A stretch of 64,000 nt of DNA. It comes from a virus. The stretch spans positions 32,001 through 96,000 of the IMG/VR virus record IMGVR_UViG_3300032308_002775. One strand, 5' to 3'. Below, in pieces: positions 48,981 to 60,094 of the stretch (its first letter is position 1; each line of letters starts with the position of its first letter). Made by a program: the position numbers and the translations under genes. Under the pieces are notes generated by a model. That model did no database searches. It was not told the DNA's origin and was given only the letters and a program-made list of their open reading frames with translations.

Positions 48981-50882
48981 ATGTCCAACAGTAACTGGCT
49001 GAACAACATCAAGCACGTTGCGCCCGGCGAGCCGGTGCAGGCTGGCGTCGTAAGTCGCCCCGATCGCGCGCTAGTTGACCGCACGAACTACCTCAAGGAC
49101 CGCCTTGACGCCGCGGCCCTCGGCCAGGCGATTTTCGACGTGGATGCCACGGTTGCACCGGACGTGCTGCCCGGCCAGCCCGTGTTTTGGAACCACGAAA
49201 CTCAGCGCTACGAAAAGGCGCTGGCCGCCGTGGAAACGAACCCGGCGACCCAGGCCTTGGTGACGCAACCTTCCTGCGACGTCCTGGGCGTCTGCTACAC
49301 GAAGAAGAACGCCACACAGGCGGACATCGTGCTGCGCGGCCTGGTCAAGCTCCCGGAAATCACCAACGCCGTCAGCGGTACTGTGGCCGCCGGTCGTTAC
49401 TACCTGTCGAGCACCGAGAGCGGCAAGCTCGTTCAAGAGCGGCCGCCCGTCACCGTAAGCGTCTGCTACGTGCAGGGCGCCAAGGACAACTGCGCCGACG
49501 AGCCGTGGGTCGTCGTGATGCCGCAGATGCGCGACTTTCTCGAAGACCACATCCATTACCGCTTTGAGCTGGCGACGCTGCCTGCGGGCGATCACGATCC
49601 GACCGCGGCCGCCACGAATGGCGTGCACACGATCGAAAACGCCGACGAGGAACGCGAGGGCTGGCTTCCGGCTGATCACGCAATCTTCAACGGCACAGCC
49701 CCGGCGGGCGCAAAGTTTGGCTACAACTTTTCTCAGCACGCCGCCATCGAGCGCGTCTGGCCGCCGCAACCGATCCAGGCCGTGGCCATCCTCTGGGACA
49801 AAGGAATCAACAACGTCGGCGCTACGGAGATTCCGCTGGGCGCCGACGGGCTGTGCGTCGTAAACACCCACGGCATCTGGTGGATGAGCGACTGCTATGG
49901 CGAGGTGCCCTGGCCAGCGGACCTTGACACGGCCAGCGTCGAATCCGTGAGCTCGCTGGCCGATTGCCCGCGCGAAGAGCGAATGCGGGTAATCGTCGTT
50001 TATCTTCGGATGCTTTTCGGTAACGACCGCTCCGTGGTGACGAGCCTCAAGCCTGCTGAAGGCAGCCCGATTACCGTCGTCAACTGCGACGGTATTCCGG
50101 CGAATCAAGATAATGCGCTGACGGGCGATCTCGAGCTGGGGCTGAACCTGGCGCTCCTAGACGATCCGACCGAGGTGGCTGGCGGCCGGGTCTACAAGCA
50201 GATCACAACAGATTTTAAGTTCCGGAAGGGGTGGGTTGCTGAAGGCGTCCGCTCCGGCGCCGGGCCGCTGACGATCACCGGCACGCGCAGCCGTGTGCTC
50301 ACAACTGCTGAGAAGACGGCGCTGCAGCTTCCGGCTGACGATGAGTCGCTTCTGCATCAAGGACTGGTCACCATTTCCTACGATGACCAACTGGTTGAAC
50401 GCGAAATCGCGCCGCAGATCATCCGGTTGTCCGACACGGTCGAGCGACTCTATCTCGACATTCCGTACCTCGGGTTTCCACAGAGCCAGGATTCACTGGT
50501 GCGGGTGCGGCTCAACGTTCCCAGCGCGAACCTTGGCGCGCCTCTGGCGCTGCGCATTCGCGCGCAGCTCTTTGGCAGAACCAGCGCCGTGCTGCCCGCG
50601 ATGGCCGTGTCGTATCGGCGCATTCCGCGGCCAGCGTCTGCGGTGACCGCTGCAATGCCGACGCTTCCCGGCGTGAGCGACGAGGTCAACATCGTTTTTG
50701 AAGTGCCCGCCGCGTCGCTTCCCGTCGATACGCCTGTTGAGGTCGAGAGCGAGACGTTCGAGATCGTCGAGGGCGACACTGTCCTGGTGACGCTCGCGCG
50801 ATACGGCACCGCGGACAGCTACGCGGGCGAGGTCGGTCTGTTACGGTTGTCGGGTGTGATCACCGTCCCTGCCGCTGAATAA
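48981..50882 (+). CDS. putative tail fibre/baseplate protein (633 aa)
   Basis: GEPVQAGVVSRPDRALVDRTNYLKDRL resembles tail-fibre N-termini; GRYYLSSTESGKL. Confidence 0.55.
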   Translation: MSNSNWLNNIKHVAPGEPVQAGVVSRPDRALVDRTNYLKDRLDAAALGQAIFDVDATVAPDVLPGQPVFWNHETQRYEKALAAVETNPATQALVTQPSCDVLGVCYTKKNATQADIVLRGLVKLPEITNAVSGTVAAGRYYLSSTESGKLVQERPPVTVSVCYVQGAKDNCADEPWVVVMPQMRDFLEDHIHYRFELATLPAGDHDPTAAATNGVHTIENADEEREGWLPADHAIFNGTAPAGAKFGYNFSQHAAIERVWPPQPIQAVAILWDKGINNVGATEIPLGADGLCVVNTHGIWWMSDCYGEVPWPADLDTASVESVSSLADCPREERMRVIVVYLRMLFGNDRSVVTSLKPAEGSPITVVNCDGIPANQDNALTGDLELGLNLALLDDPTEVAGGRVYKQITTDFKFRKGWVAEGVRSGAGPLTITGTRSRVLTTAEKTALQLPADDESLLHQGLVTISYDDQLVEREIAPQIIRLSDTVERLYLDIPYLGFPQSQDSLVRVRLNVPSANLGAPLALRIRAQLFGRTSAVLPAMAVSYRRIPRPASAVTAAMPTLPGVSDEVNIVFEVPAASLPVDTPVEVESETFEIVEGDTVLVTLARYGTADSYAGEVGLLRLSGVITVPAAE

Positions 50883-50885
50883 GCC

Positions 50886-51848
50886 ATGCCAGTCGGAAAT
50901 TGGAATCTCCAGTGGCTCAACCACAACTCGCAGCGTTCTTATCCGCTGGCTGAGCGCGCTACCAAAACAGACATAACTAGTACGATCCGCCTGCCCGACA
51001 GCTTTATCGTCGCGCTCTATCTGCCAGTACCCGTTGATCCGAACATCGAGCCGGTCAAGTTCTACGTTAAAAGCGTGCTCATTTCGGCAACGGGTTACAA
51101 CATCACGATCGGTTACGACAGCGGCGAGACAGATACGCGCGACAATCCCGACGTTGCCGCAGCGAACATCGCCCGAAGCGCTTACCAGCCGAACCGGGCG
51201 TTTGCGATGGCGGGCGTCGACAGTTTTTCTGACTGCATCGGCGAGGTTGTTCTCGGAAAGCTTGACGAGGTCGATTCGTTACCGCCGGGACTGTACTACT
51301 TCGCTCCCAGCGGCGGACAGCTCGAGGCCGACCCGATTCGGCCGATGATTCGCGGCGTGACGCGCTTGCGCGTTTCAAACAATGGCGACGAGCTGAGCGA
51401 CTTCATTTACGGCGACGTCACGTTGATCGCTGGCTCAAACATGCGAATCATCGTGGAGAACAACGCAGGCACTGATCCCAAGATCATCTTCAGCGCGATT
51501 TCTGGCTTGAACCTGAACACGGATTGCGTCTGCGAAACGCCGGACCCGGGTGAATGTATCCGGTGCATTAACGGCGTGTGTTCTGATGACGGCGACTACG
51601 TCTTCAGCGGCGGCGAGTGCATCGAAATCCGACCCACAACCAGCGGGCTGCTGTTCAACGACTTCTGCGCCCAACCGTGCTGCGGCTGTGAAGAGCTAGA
51701 CGCCCTGTCCCGGCAGGTCGACCGTTTCAGCGACGGTGTTAATACGCTGCAGAACTTTGTAACGCGGCTTGGATCTGAAGTGACGCAAATGTCTCTTGTC
51801 GTCCTGGGAAGCCGTCTCGGCGATTCCGGCTGCAACACCTGTAGCTAG
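50886..51848 (+). CDS. Cys-rich tail-tip protein, paralog 1
   Basis: WLNHNSQRSYPL N-terminal motif; IRCINGV; PCCGC. Confidence 0.6.
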   Translation: MPVGNWNLQWLNHNSQRSYPLAERATKTDITSTIRLPDSFIVALYLPVPVDPNIEPVKFYVKSVLISATGYNITIGYDSGETDTRDNPDVAAANIARSAYQPNRAFAMAGVDSFSDCIGEVVLGKLDEVDSLPPGLYYFAPSGGQLEADPIRPMIRGVTRLRVSNNGDELSDFIYGDVTLIAGSNMRIIVENNAGTDPKIIFSAISGLNLNTDCVCETPDPGECIRCINGVCSDDGDYVFSGGECIEIRPTTSGLLFNDFCAQPCCGCEELDALSRQVDRFSDGVNTLQNFVTRLGSEVTQMSLVVLGSRLGDSGCNTCS

Positions 51849-51856
51849 GAGCTGCC

Positions 51857-53383
51857 ATGAGCTGCGAAGACTTCTTTATCGCGCCCGGCGGCCGGGGAGG
51901 CATTGGCGTTATTCAGCCGCAGAGCGGACTGGACTACCCGATCGTCGACCCGTCGGACGACATTAGATATCTAATCGCCGATTTCTATCTGGCCTACGAC
52001 GATCCCGGATACTACCGCGCGAGCGAGGTCATCCGGCAGCACCCGCTCCGCATCAAATGGCTCTACGGCGTCGGGTGCGAGGAGGCAGAAGCGCCGACCT
52101 GGGCACCTGAACCGGTTCACGAGGCCGACATTCTGATCGTCGACGACAACGGCACGACGGTTTTCGACTCGACGCAGCTGATCCCTGATGGCGGCGACCC
52201 CGAGTACCAAAGCTTTCGAAAACTCAGCTGGGGCGACGATTACGACGTCTACGAGTGGAGCGGCCTCGACGCCGTCTGCCGAATGGTCGTGCACAAGACC
52301 TGGCCGCCCTCGTTCGAAATCGACCCGAAGAACTGGCCGGTCCACCTCGTCCCTGGAAACGCCACGTTGGACGAGCGCGCGATTTACAAAATGCCCCGCC
52401 GCCTCCGCTCGCTCAAGGTGATGGAAGCCGACTTTGAACTCGGCGGCGCTCGGCGCACGGGCGTAATTTTTGCGCCCGGGAACAACATGCTTATCGAGAA
52501 CACGGGTACGGAAGTCGTTGGCCTACGGCAGAACACGAATATCGAGTTTGGCGCAGTCCCCGGCGCGGGGCTGGGAAAATACGACGACTGCCCAGACGAA
52601 CCTGACCGGCCGATTTTTCGGCTTGGTGGCGCTACGGCAAACGCCTACGGCGACCTTGTGATTGCCGGGCCTGACTGCATTTGGGTCCGGCAGCCCACGA
52701 CGCTCAACGTCAATGGCCGGGCCGTGCCGGTCAGGCCGAACAACACGGCGGCGCTCATGGTCGGCAGCAACTGCCCGCCTTGCTGCGACTGCCCCGATTA
52801 CGCAAACACGGCGCTGTACATGAACCGCGTCTCGCGCCGTTATTCGACGATCGGAAAACGGGCGCACGACATCAAACTGCTTCACGAAAACAACATTGAC
52901 CGCTGGGTGGAGCAACGCGAATGCCGCCTGCAAAAACCGTTGCGGGTCATTTTAGCGCCGCAACGCTGCCCAGTCCTCGACGTGGTCATCATGTTCTGCA
53001 ACCAGTGTCAGCAGTGCGCGCAAGACGCGACGCTGTTCGTTGAGTTCGACAGTTTTCCGCTCGGCGCCACGGCCGATGTCGAGTGCGGCTACACAATTTT
53101 GCAGGCGCCCGGATACCCCGGCGCCGAATACGTACTTCAAGGCTCGTATCCGTCGTTCAACGCGCCGCTCCCGCCAGTGGACGTGGGCAACTCTGCATAC
53201 GTGAAGTTTCGCCTGCGCTTCTCGACCAAAACGTACCCCTACCTGATTACGGCCACGCTCACAGGAGCCGTGGGCGACTCTTCCGTTCTCGCCGGGTGCG
53301 TAGACACTGCGCCGGTCGCAATGGCCTCTGCCTCGGCGGCGCTCAACTGCGACCTCGCGGGCAACACGATCCGGAAATGCTAG
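51857..53383 (+). CDS. Cys-rich tail-tip protein, paralog 2
   Basis: QSGLDYPI; IFRLGGATANAYGDL; CPPCCDC. Confidence 0.6.
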   Translation: MSCEDFFIAPGGRGGIGVIQPQSGLDYPIVDPSDDIRYLIADFYLAYDDPGYYRASEVIRQHPLRIKWLYGVGCEEAEAPTWAPEPVHEADILIVDDNGTTVFDSTQLIPDGGDPEYQSFRKLSWGDDYDVYEWSGLDAVCRMVVHKTWPPSFEIDPKNWPVHLVPGNATLDERAIYKMPRRLRSLKVMEADFELGGARRTGVIFAPGNNMLIENTGTEVVGLRQNTNIEFGAVPGAGLGKYDDCPDEPDRPIFRLGGATANAYGDLVIAGPDCIWVRQPTTLNVNGRAVPVRPNNTAALMVGSNCPPCCDCPDYANTALYMNRVSRRYSTIGKRAHDIKLLHENNIDRWVEQRECRLQKPLRVILAPQRCPVLDVVIMFCNQCQQCAQDATLFVEFDSFPLGATADVECGYTILQAPGYPGAEYVLQGSYPSFNAPLPPVDVGNSAYVKFRLRFSTKTYPYLITATLTGAVGDSSVLAGCVDTAPVAMASASAALNCDLAGNTIRKC

Positions 53384-53386
53384 ACC

Positions 53387-55024
53387 ATGCCCATACGCAA
53401 CCAGAACTGGTACGACCTGCAGGCGACACGGCGCTACCCGCTGGACGAACGCAGCACGGGCGTTGACGACGCAGGCAAGAGCATCCACGACGACATTCTC
53501 GTGGACTGCCATATACGCTTTCCGGTCACGCTTGGGCAGTACTTGTTCGTTCAGGGCATCACTGTGTCTCCGGGTCTGGTGACGTTGGTGTTCGGCGCCG
53601 CGGCCAGCTTGACCGACGCAGCTCCGGTTACCATCGCCGCCGTCTCGCTGCCCAGGTCCACGCCGCAAAACGTCAACCACCCGATTACGCCGCTTGCGGA
53701 CGGCGTGGCGGGCTGGGTTGCGCTGGGGCACGGCCTTGATGAGGAGTTTGTCGGCCGGTACAGCTCGCCGATCCAGACGCTCATTTCACAGCGGTGCGCG
53801 CGACCGTACCGCCCGCTACCAATTCCGTCGCTTGGCAAGCTTGATTTGTCGACGAGTCTTCAGGGCATCGTTACGTTTCTAAGCCAGCCGCCGGTGACGA
53901 CCACGTACATTCCCAAAACATCGGAACAAGCGCTACGAGTTAACAGCACGCCAGTTAATGCGATCGTCTTCAAACTGGAGGACGAGGTGCAGGGAGCAAA
54001 TCCACTCAGAACCTTACTCGGTCCTTGTAACCAGCGCCCCGAGAGCGGAACGTGCCCCAAGCCGCCCATCGAAACCATCAACGGGCTCACGCCAGATTGC
54101 GCCGGAAATATCAACATAACGTTTGACGGCTTCACTCCTGCGGTCTTTGAGAACTGCGGCGGCGTCGATGTCCTCGCCGACACCGGGCTTTCGGAAGCGT
54201 GTGCGGGCGGCGACGGCAACGACGAACGGCGCGCACCGCAGGACAACTGCGTGCCGGGCACTGAAAGCATTGATGACGCGACTTGGTACGACCCGACTAC
54301 GCAGCTGCCCGGGCCGGATTTGCCGCCTGACGTAGTGTCTTCGGAAAGCCTGCCCGACGATAGCGTCATCGGGACGTGCGCTACGCTGCCCGTCTGCGTC
54401 AATTTCGCCGACGGCGCAGCAACCGAATTCGTGGTTCGAGACGGCTTGTTTGTCTTTGATTCTGTGGTTGGTGCGCCGTCGCTCTGTGCAGACGCCTCCT
54501 CGTTGTCGGTGGGCGAGGACGATGCGCACTACGTCTACACTGCCGCAAACATCGTCGGTCGCAACCTAGCGCTGTTCAAGAACTGCGCCAGCGATTGGGC
54601 GCTGTCCAAGACAGTTGGAGTTGAGCTGCAGATCACAGTCTCAGGTTTGCGCCGAAACGGCGGACTGGTTTTGAACTATCTGCGCGGCAATAGCGGCCTG
54701 GGTTCACCAACGCGGTACCTGGTTGCCACGATCGACGCAGACACCGCGCAGCTCAAGCTGTTGCGGTTCAACGGCTCCGCTTTTGTTAACGAATACAGTG
54801 CGCCGTTTCAGGCGATCGTTGACACCTGGTATCGGTTGACCGCTACGCCAGTGCTGGTTGGAAGCGCTGTGGCAATAACGCTAACAGCAGAGGCTGTCGA
54901 CGGAAGCGTGGTGCCGCTTTCTGTATCGCTCACGGTTGCAAACTACGGCGACCCCGTTGGTCAGGCGGGTGTGTTTAGTTCGTCGTCTTACACTCGCTTC
55001 AACAAGTTTACGATCGAGGATTAG
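53387..55024 (+). CDS. tail-tip protein, paralog 3, with C-terminal beta-sandwich/lectin-like domain
   Basis: WYDLQATRRYPL; IETINGLTPDCAGNINI; C-terminal DTWYRLT...GQAGVFS...TRFNKFTI. Confidence 0.6.
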   Translation: MPIRNQNWYDLQATRRYPLDERSTGVDDAGKSIHDDILVDCHIRFPVTLGQYLFVQGITVSPGLVTLVFGAAASLTDAAPVTIAAVSLPRSTPQNVNHPITPLADGVAGWVALGHGLDEEFVGRYSSPIQTLISQRCARPYRPLPIPSLGKLDLSTSLQGIVTFLSQPPVTTTYIPKTSEQALRVNSTPVNAIVFKLEDEVQGANPLRTLLGPCNQRPESGTCPKPPIETINGLTPDCAGNINITFDGFTPAVFENCGGVDVLADTGLSEACAGGDGNDERRAPQDNCVPGTESIDDATWYDPTTQLPGPDLPPDVVSSESLPDDSVIGTCATLPVCVNFADGAATEFVVRDGLFVFDSVVGAPSLCADASSLSVGEDDAHYVYTAANIVGRNLALFKNCASDWALSKTVGVELQITVSGLRRNGGLVLNYLRGNSGLGSPTRYLVATIDADTAQLKLLRFNGSAFVNEYSAPFQAIVDTWYRLTATPVLVGSAVAITLTAEAVDGSVVPLSVSLTVANYGDPVGQAGVFSSSSYTRFNKFTIED

Positions 55025-55025
55025 C

Positions 55026-55808
55026 ATGGCGGCTGCTCGTATCCTGTATCCGCAGTTTCGCGACGAGCAAGCTGACTCGCGCTATCCGTTTGCGGACCGC
55101 GCCACCCTTATTTCCAGTGAGCGCCGATTAGAAATCGGTCGCGATACGTTTTTGGATGCGACCATTTACGCCATCGACGGGGAGCAGCAGGCGTATCTCT
55201 CCGCTGTCGTCGTGACGCCGCAACAGGTTACGATTCGCGTTGGCGACAACGCTAATCGCGCGCGGGCAGCAGCGACCTTCGACTCTGCGGCGCCGCCAGC
55301 GGACGGCGTGCTCGCGCTGTACGACGAGTACGGACGGCCTGCGGGGCAGCTACTGTCAGCGCCGCTGGCCCTCGCGCGCTTCTCCGGCTGGCCCACAGAG
55401 ACGCATACATTTTCTACAGAGTCTGCCGAATTTGTTTCGAGCGTTGTAATCCCGGCGCGAGAACCAGGCGTGCGCGCGCTGACTACGCCGGGCGGTCCCA
55501 TCGTTACCGGAGACGTGTGGCTTGTGGGCGGCCGCGGCATAGTCGTTCGCAAAGAGGGCGAGACTACGATCCGCATAGATATCATTGGGCAGCCGCTCTT
55601 CAGCCGCGAAATCTGTGACGAGTTTGATCGATTTGAGTCGCGCAACTTTCTGCAAACGTTGACAATCAACGGCATATCGTGCGGGCCAGATGAGTACGGC
55701 AATTTCATTATCACCGCGAACGGCCACGAGGCTACCGATACGGTTTTGCGGGTCTATCCGCAAGACGGAAACATTAAAATAGACACTGTTGGCCGAAAGG
55801 TAGTGTGA
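55026..55808 (+). CDS. tail-tip protein, paralog 4
   Basis: FRDEQADSRYPF; LTINGISCGPDEYGNFII. Confidence 0.6.
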   Translation: MAAARILYPQFRDEQADSRYPFADRATLISSERRLEIGRDTFLDATIYAIDGEQQAYLSAVVVTPQQVTIRVGDNANRARAAATFDSAAPPADGVLALYDEYGRPAGQLLSAPLALARFSGWPTETHTFSTESAEFVSSVVIPAREPGVRALTTPGGPIVTGDVWLVGGRGIVVRKEGETTIRIDIIGQPLFSREICDEFDRFESRNFLQTLTINGISCGPDEYGNFIITANGHEATDTVLRVYPQDGNIKIDTVGRKVV

Positions 55809-55809
55809 A

Positions 55810-56745
55810 ATGCCCCGTCCCGGTTTTTATAACGACAACGAATACCGTGCGTATCCGTTCGTCTACAAAAGCGACTTCTCTGGCCCGCTGCTTCCAGACT
55901 CTGCGGTTGTCGATTGCGGGATCATCATGGGGCTAGACAGCGCGTTTGAACACGAGGCTCACGCGGTGTGGCTGGCGGGAATTACCCGCGCCGCTGGCGT
56001 GATTCGTTTTGAACTGGCGACTGACGCGCCCGGTGCCGCCGCGCTTCCGCTCGTGTTTGAGTGCGCAGACACGGCAGAGGACTGGACAAGCATTTTCGCG
56101 CTATCAGACCCCGCGGCAACTTCGCCCTGCGCGATCGAGCCCACGTGGGAGGGTTTTCTGGTGGTCGGACCGTTGGAGGCGCTGCGGGCGCTGTTGAGCG
56201 AAAACGGCGACGAGCTAACGTTCCCAGCCCGCGAACGGTCGCTCGAGCCCGGGCGCATTCAAAGTCTGGTTAAGAGCTACGTTCGGTCCATCAGTTTAGG
56301 CAATTTACCACGCGTGCGCGCTTTGCCGCCGAGCATCTGTCACGACGAAACCGCGCCCGACCCGCGAGAGCTTGTCGTAAACGCTTTCTGCATGCAAGGC
56401 AACCTGCGCATCAAAGAAGGGTACAATTGTCGCGTTAAACAAACAGACGAGCTTAATGAAATCCGTGTTACCGCCGAAGTCGGTGGCGGCGACACGGACG
56501 TTGATGAACTGTGCGCGCACGGCGGTGAGTTACCCCTCTACCCGGGCGAACCATTTGACCCAGAGACTGGTTTCTTCAGCGGCGGGCCTGCCTGCAATCA
56601 AGTGATCTCAACGATTAACGGTATCGGCGGCGGTAGCGTCAACATTGTTGGCGGCACGGGCGTCAACGTCACCGCAGACGCTGAAACAAACACCGTGATC
56701 GTCGCGCTTGCGCAAAACAACCTTGTCGGTAACTGCAACTCGTAA
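55810..56745 (+). CDS. tail-tip protein, paralog 5
   Basis: FYNDNEYRAYPF; CNQVISTINGI. Confidence 0.6.
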   Translation: MPRPGFYNDNEYRAYPFVYKSDFSGPLLPDSAVVDCGIIMGLDSAFEHEAHAVWLAGITRAAGVIRFELATDAPGAAALPLVFECADTAEDWTSIFALSDPAATSPCAIEPTWEGFLVVGPLEALRALLSENGDELTFPARERSLEPGRIQSLVKSYVRSISLGNLPRVRALPPSICHDETAPDPRELVVNAFCMQGNLRIKEGYNCRVKQTDELNEIRVTAEVGGGDTDVDELCAHGGELPLYPGEPFDPETGFFSGGPACNQVISTINGIGGGSVNIVGGTGVNVTADAETNTVIVALAQNNLVGNCNS

Positions 56746-56752
56746 ATAACGT

Positions 56753-58807
<2,055 letters not shown>

Positions 58808-58811
58808 TGAA

Positions 58812-59387
58812 ATGCCCGAATTCACTACGCGAATTGTAGACTTTGGTCCATGCGAATGCTGCGCAACAAGCTCCAGCTCTAGCGACTCCCCGAGCTCCAG
58901 CTCTAGCGGGCCCCCTGGTACTGGTTGGGTATGCCCGCCGCTTACTGGCTGGGTATGCCCCCCAACCAACGACGGTTACATTTGTACTGGCTATGTTTGC
59001 GTAAAAGAATGTCAATGCCCAACGTGCGATGACCCGTTTGCAATTACAGGCACATTTGACGGTATTGTTGCAATAGGCGTTTGTTATGGCGGCGTGTATA
59101 TTGGCCAAAACACCCGCGACGATCTTTTCGGTAGCGGTGGATACGCGGCGTGGAACTACACAGCAACCTGTTTAAACGGCGATTGGTTGTTTGCCGCATC
59201 AATGTGTTTTTTTGATGGGGCAGGCTGCGTAACTGGCGCCAGCTATCGTGCCGTTGTTTTGTGTAAAGACACCGACGAAGATGGATTACCGCGCGCAGGC
59301 ACTATTAACCTTGAACGTGTAGACGACGGCGGGCCGCCCGCAGATGACTGCGAACCTGCCGCGCCGACAATCACAATAACCAAATGA
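58812..59387 (+). CDS. Cys-rich hypothetical fibre-associated protein
   Basis: PCECC, Ser linker, GWVCPP twice; lower GC. Confidence 0.55.
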   Translation: MPEFTTRIVDFGPCECCATSSSSSDSPSSSSSGPPGTGWVCPPLTGWVCPPTNDGYICTGYVCVKECQCPTCDDPFAITGTFDGIVAIGVCYGGVYIGQNTRDDLFGSGGYAAWNYTATCLNGDWLFAASMCFFDGAGCVTGASYRAVVLCKDTDEDGLPRAGTINLERVDDGGPPADDCEPAAPTITITK

Positions 59388-60091
59388 ATATTGCTGTAGT
59401 CGCGCACTTGCCCATATTTTTGCCAGGCCAGCGCGCTGCGTTTGCGCGCTATGCGCCGCACGCTGATTACACAGTTGTAGTTCCGCGCGGTTTAAGTCGC
59501 CTTATGCGTCCATACTGCGAAAGCGCTGAACTTGCGTACGAAGAAGCACCGCACGGAAGTTACCTTGCAATCGTTGACTGGCTGGCGCAAAAAGCACAAG
59601 TGCCTACTCTCATTGTCGAGTGGGATGTTGTGCCAATTCGCCCCGTGGTGTTTTCTGCTGCGTGTTCGTATCGCGGAAAACAGCACGCAAATATGCCTAC
59701 ACCCCCGCGGCGTTTTTATTACCCGAATATTTTGGCGTTTAACCCTGCCGTCGATCAGTACACGCCAAGGTATTTGTCAGCTAGCGCAGAACCGTTTTCA
59801 ACACCATTTCGCGCGCTAGAGCACCGAATAATCGAAGCGGCCCATCCCGGCCTGCCGGACTGCTGTGCAGCCGCCGGGTTCTCGCTTATCGGCGATGAGT
59901 ACGCGCACCATCTGCACGGCGCAATGCAAACACCGGAACGGGCTGCCTGCTGGGCAGCTGTTTTATACGAGATCGGCGCCGGGCGGCATCAAATCTTGCC
60001 GCCAAATAAATTTGACGTCGAGACTACACCGGCACCGGCGCAACAGGTAAAATTTACAGATATTCGCACCGTTTACATTTGCGACAACTAG
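59384..60091 (+). CDS. hypothetical protein, weak glycosyltransferase-like pattern
   Basis: ATGA overlap; LIVEWDVVPIRP resembles a GT-A DxD-type strand; weak evidence. Confidence 0.45.
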   Translation: MNIAVVAHLPIFLPGQRAAFARYAPHADYTVVVPRGLSRLMRPYCESAELAYEEAPHGSYLAIVDWLAQKAQVPTLIVEWDVVPIRPVVFSAACSYRGKQHANMPTPPRRFYYPNILAFNPAVDQYTPRYLSASAEPFSTPFRALEHRIIEAAHPGLPDCCAAAGFSLIGDEYAHHLHGAMQTPERAACWAAVLYEIGAGRHQILPPNKFDVETTPAPAQQVKFTDIRTVYICDN

Positions 60092-60094
60092 ACC

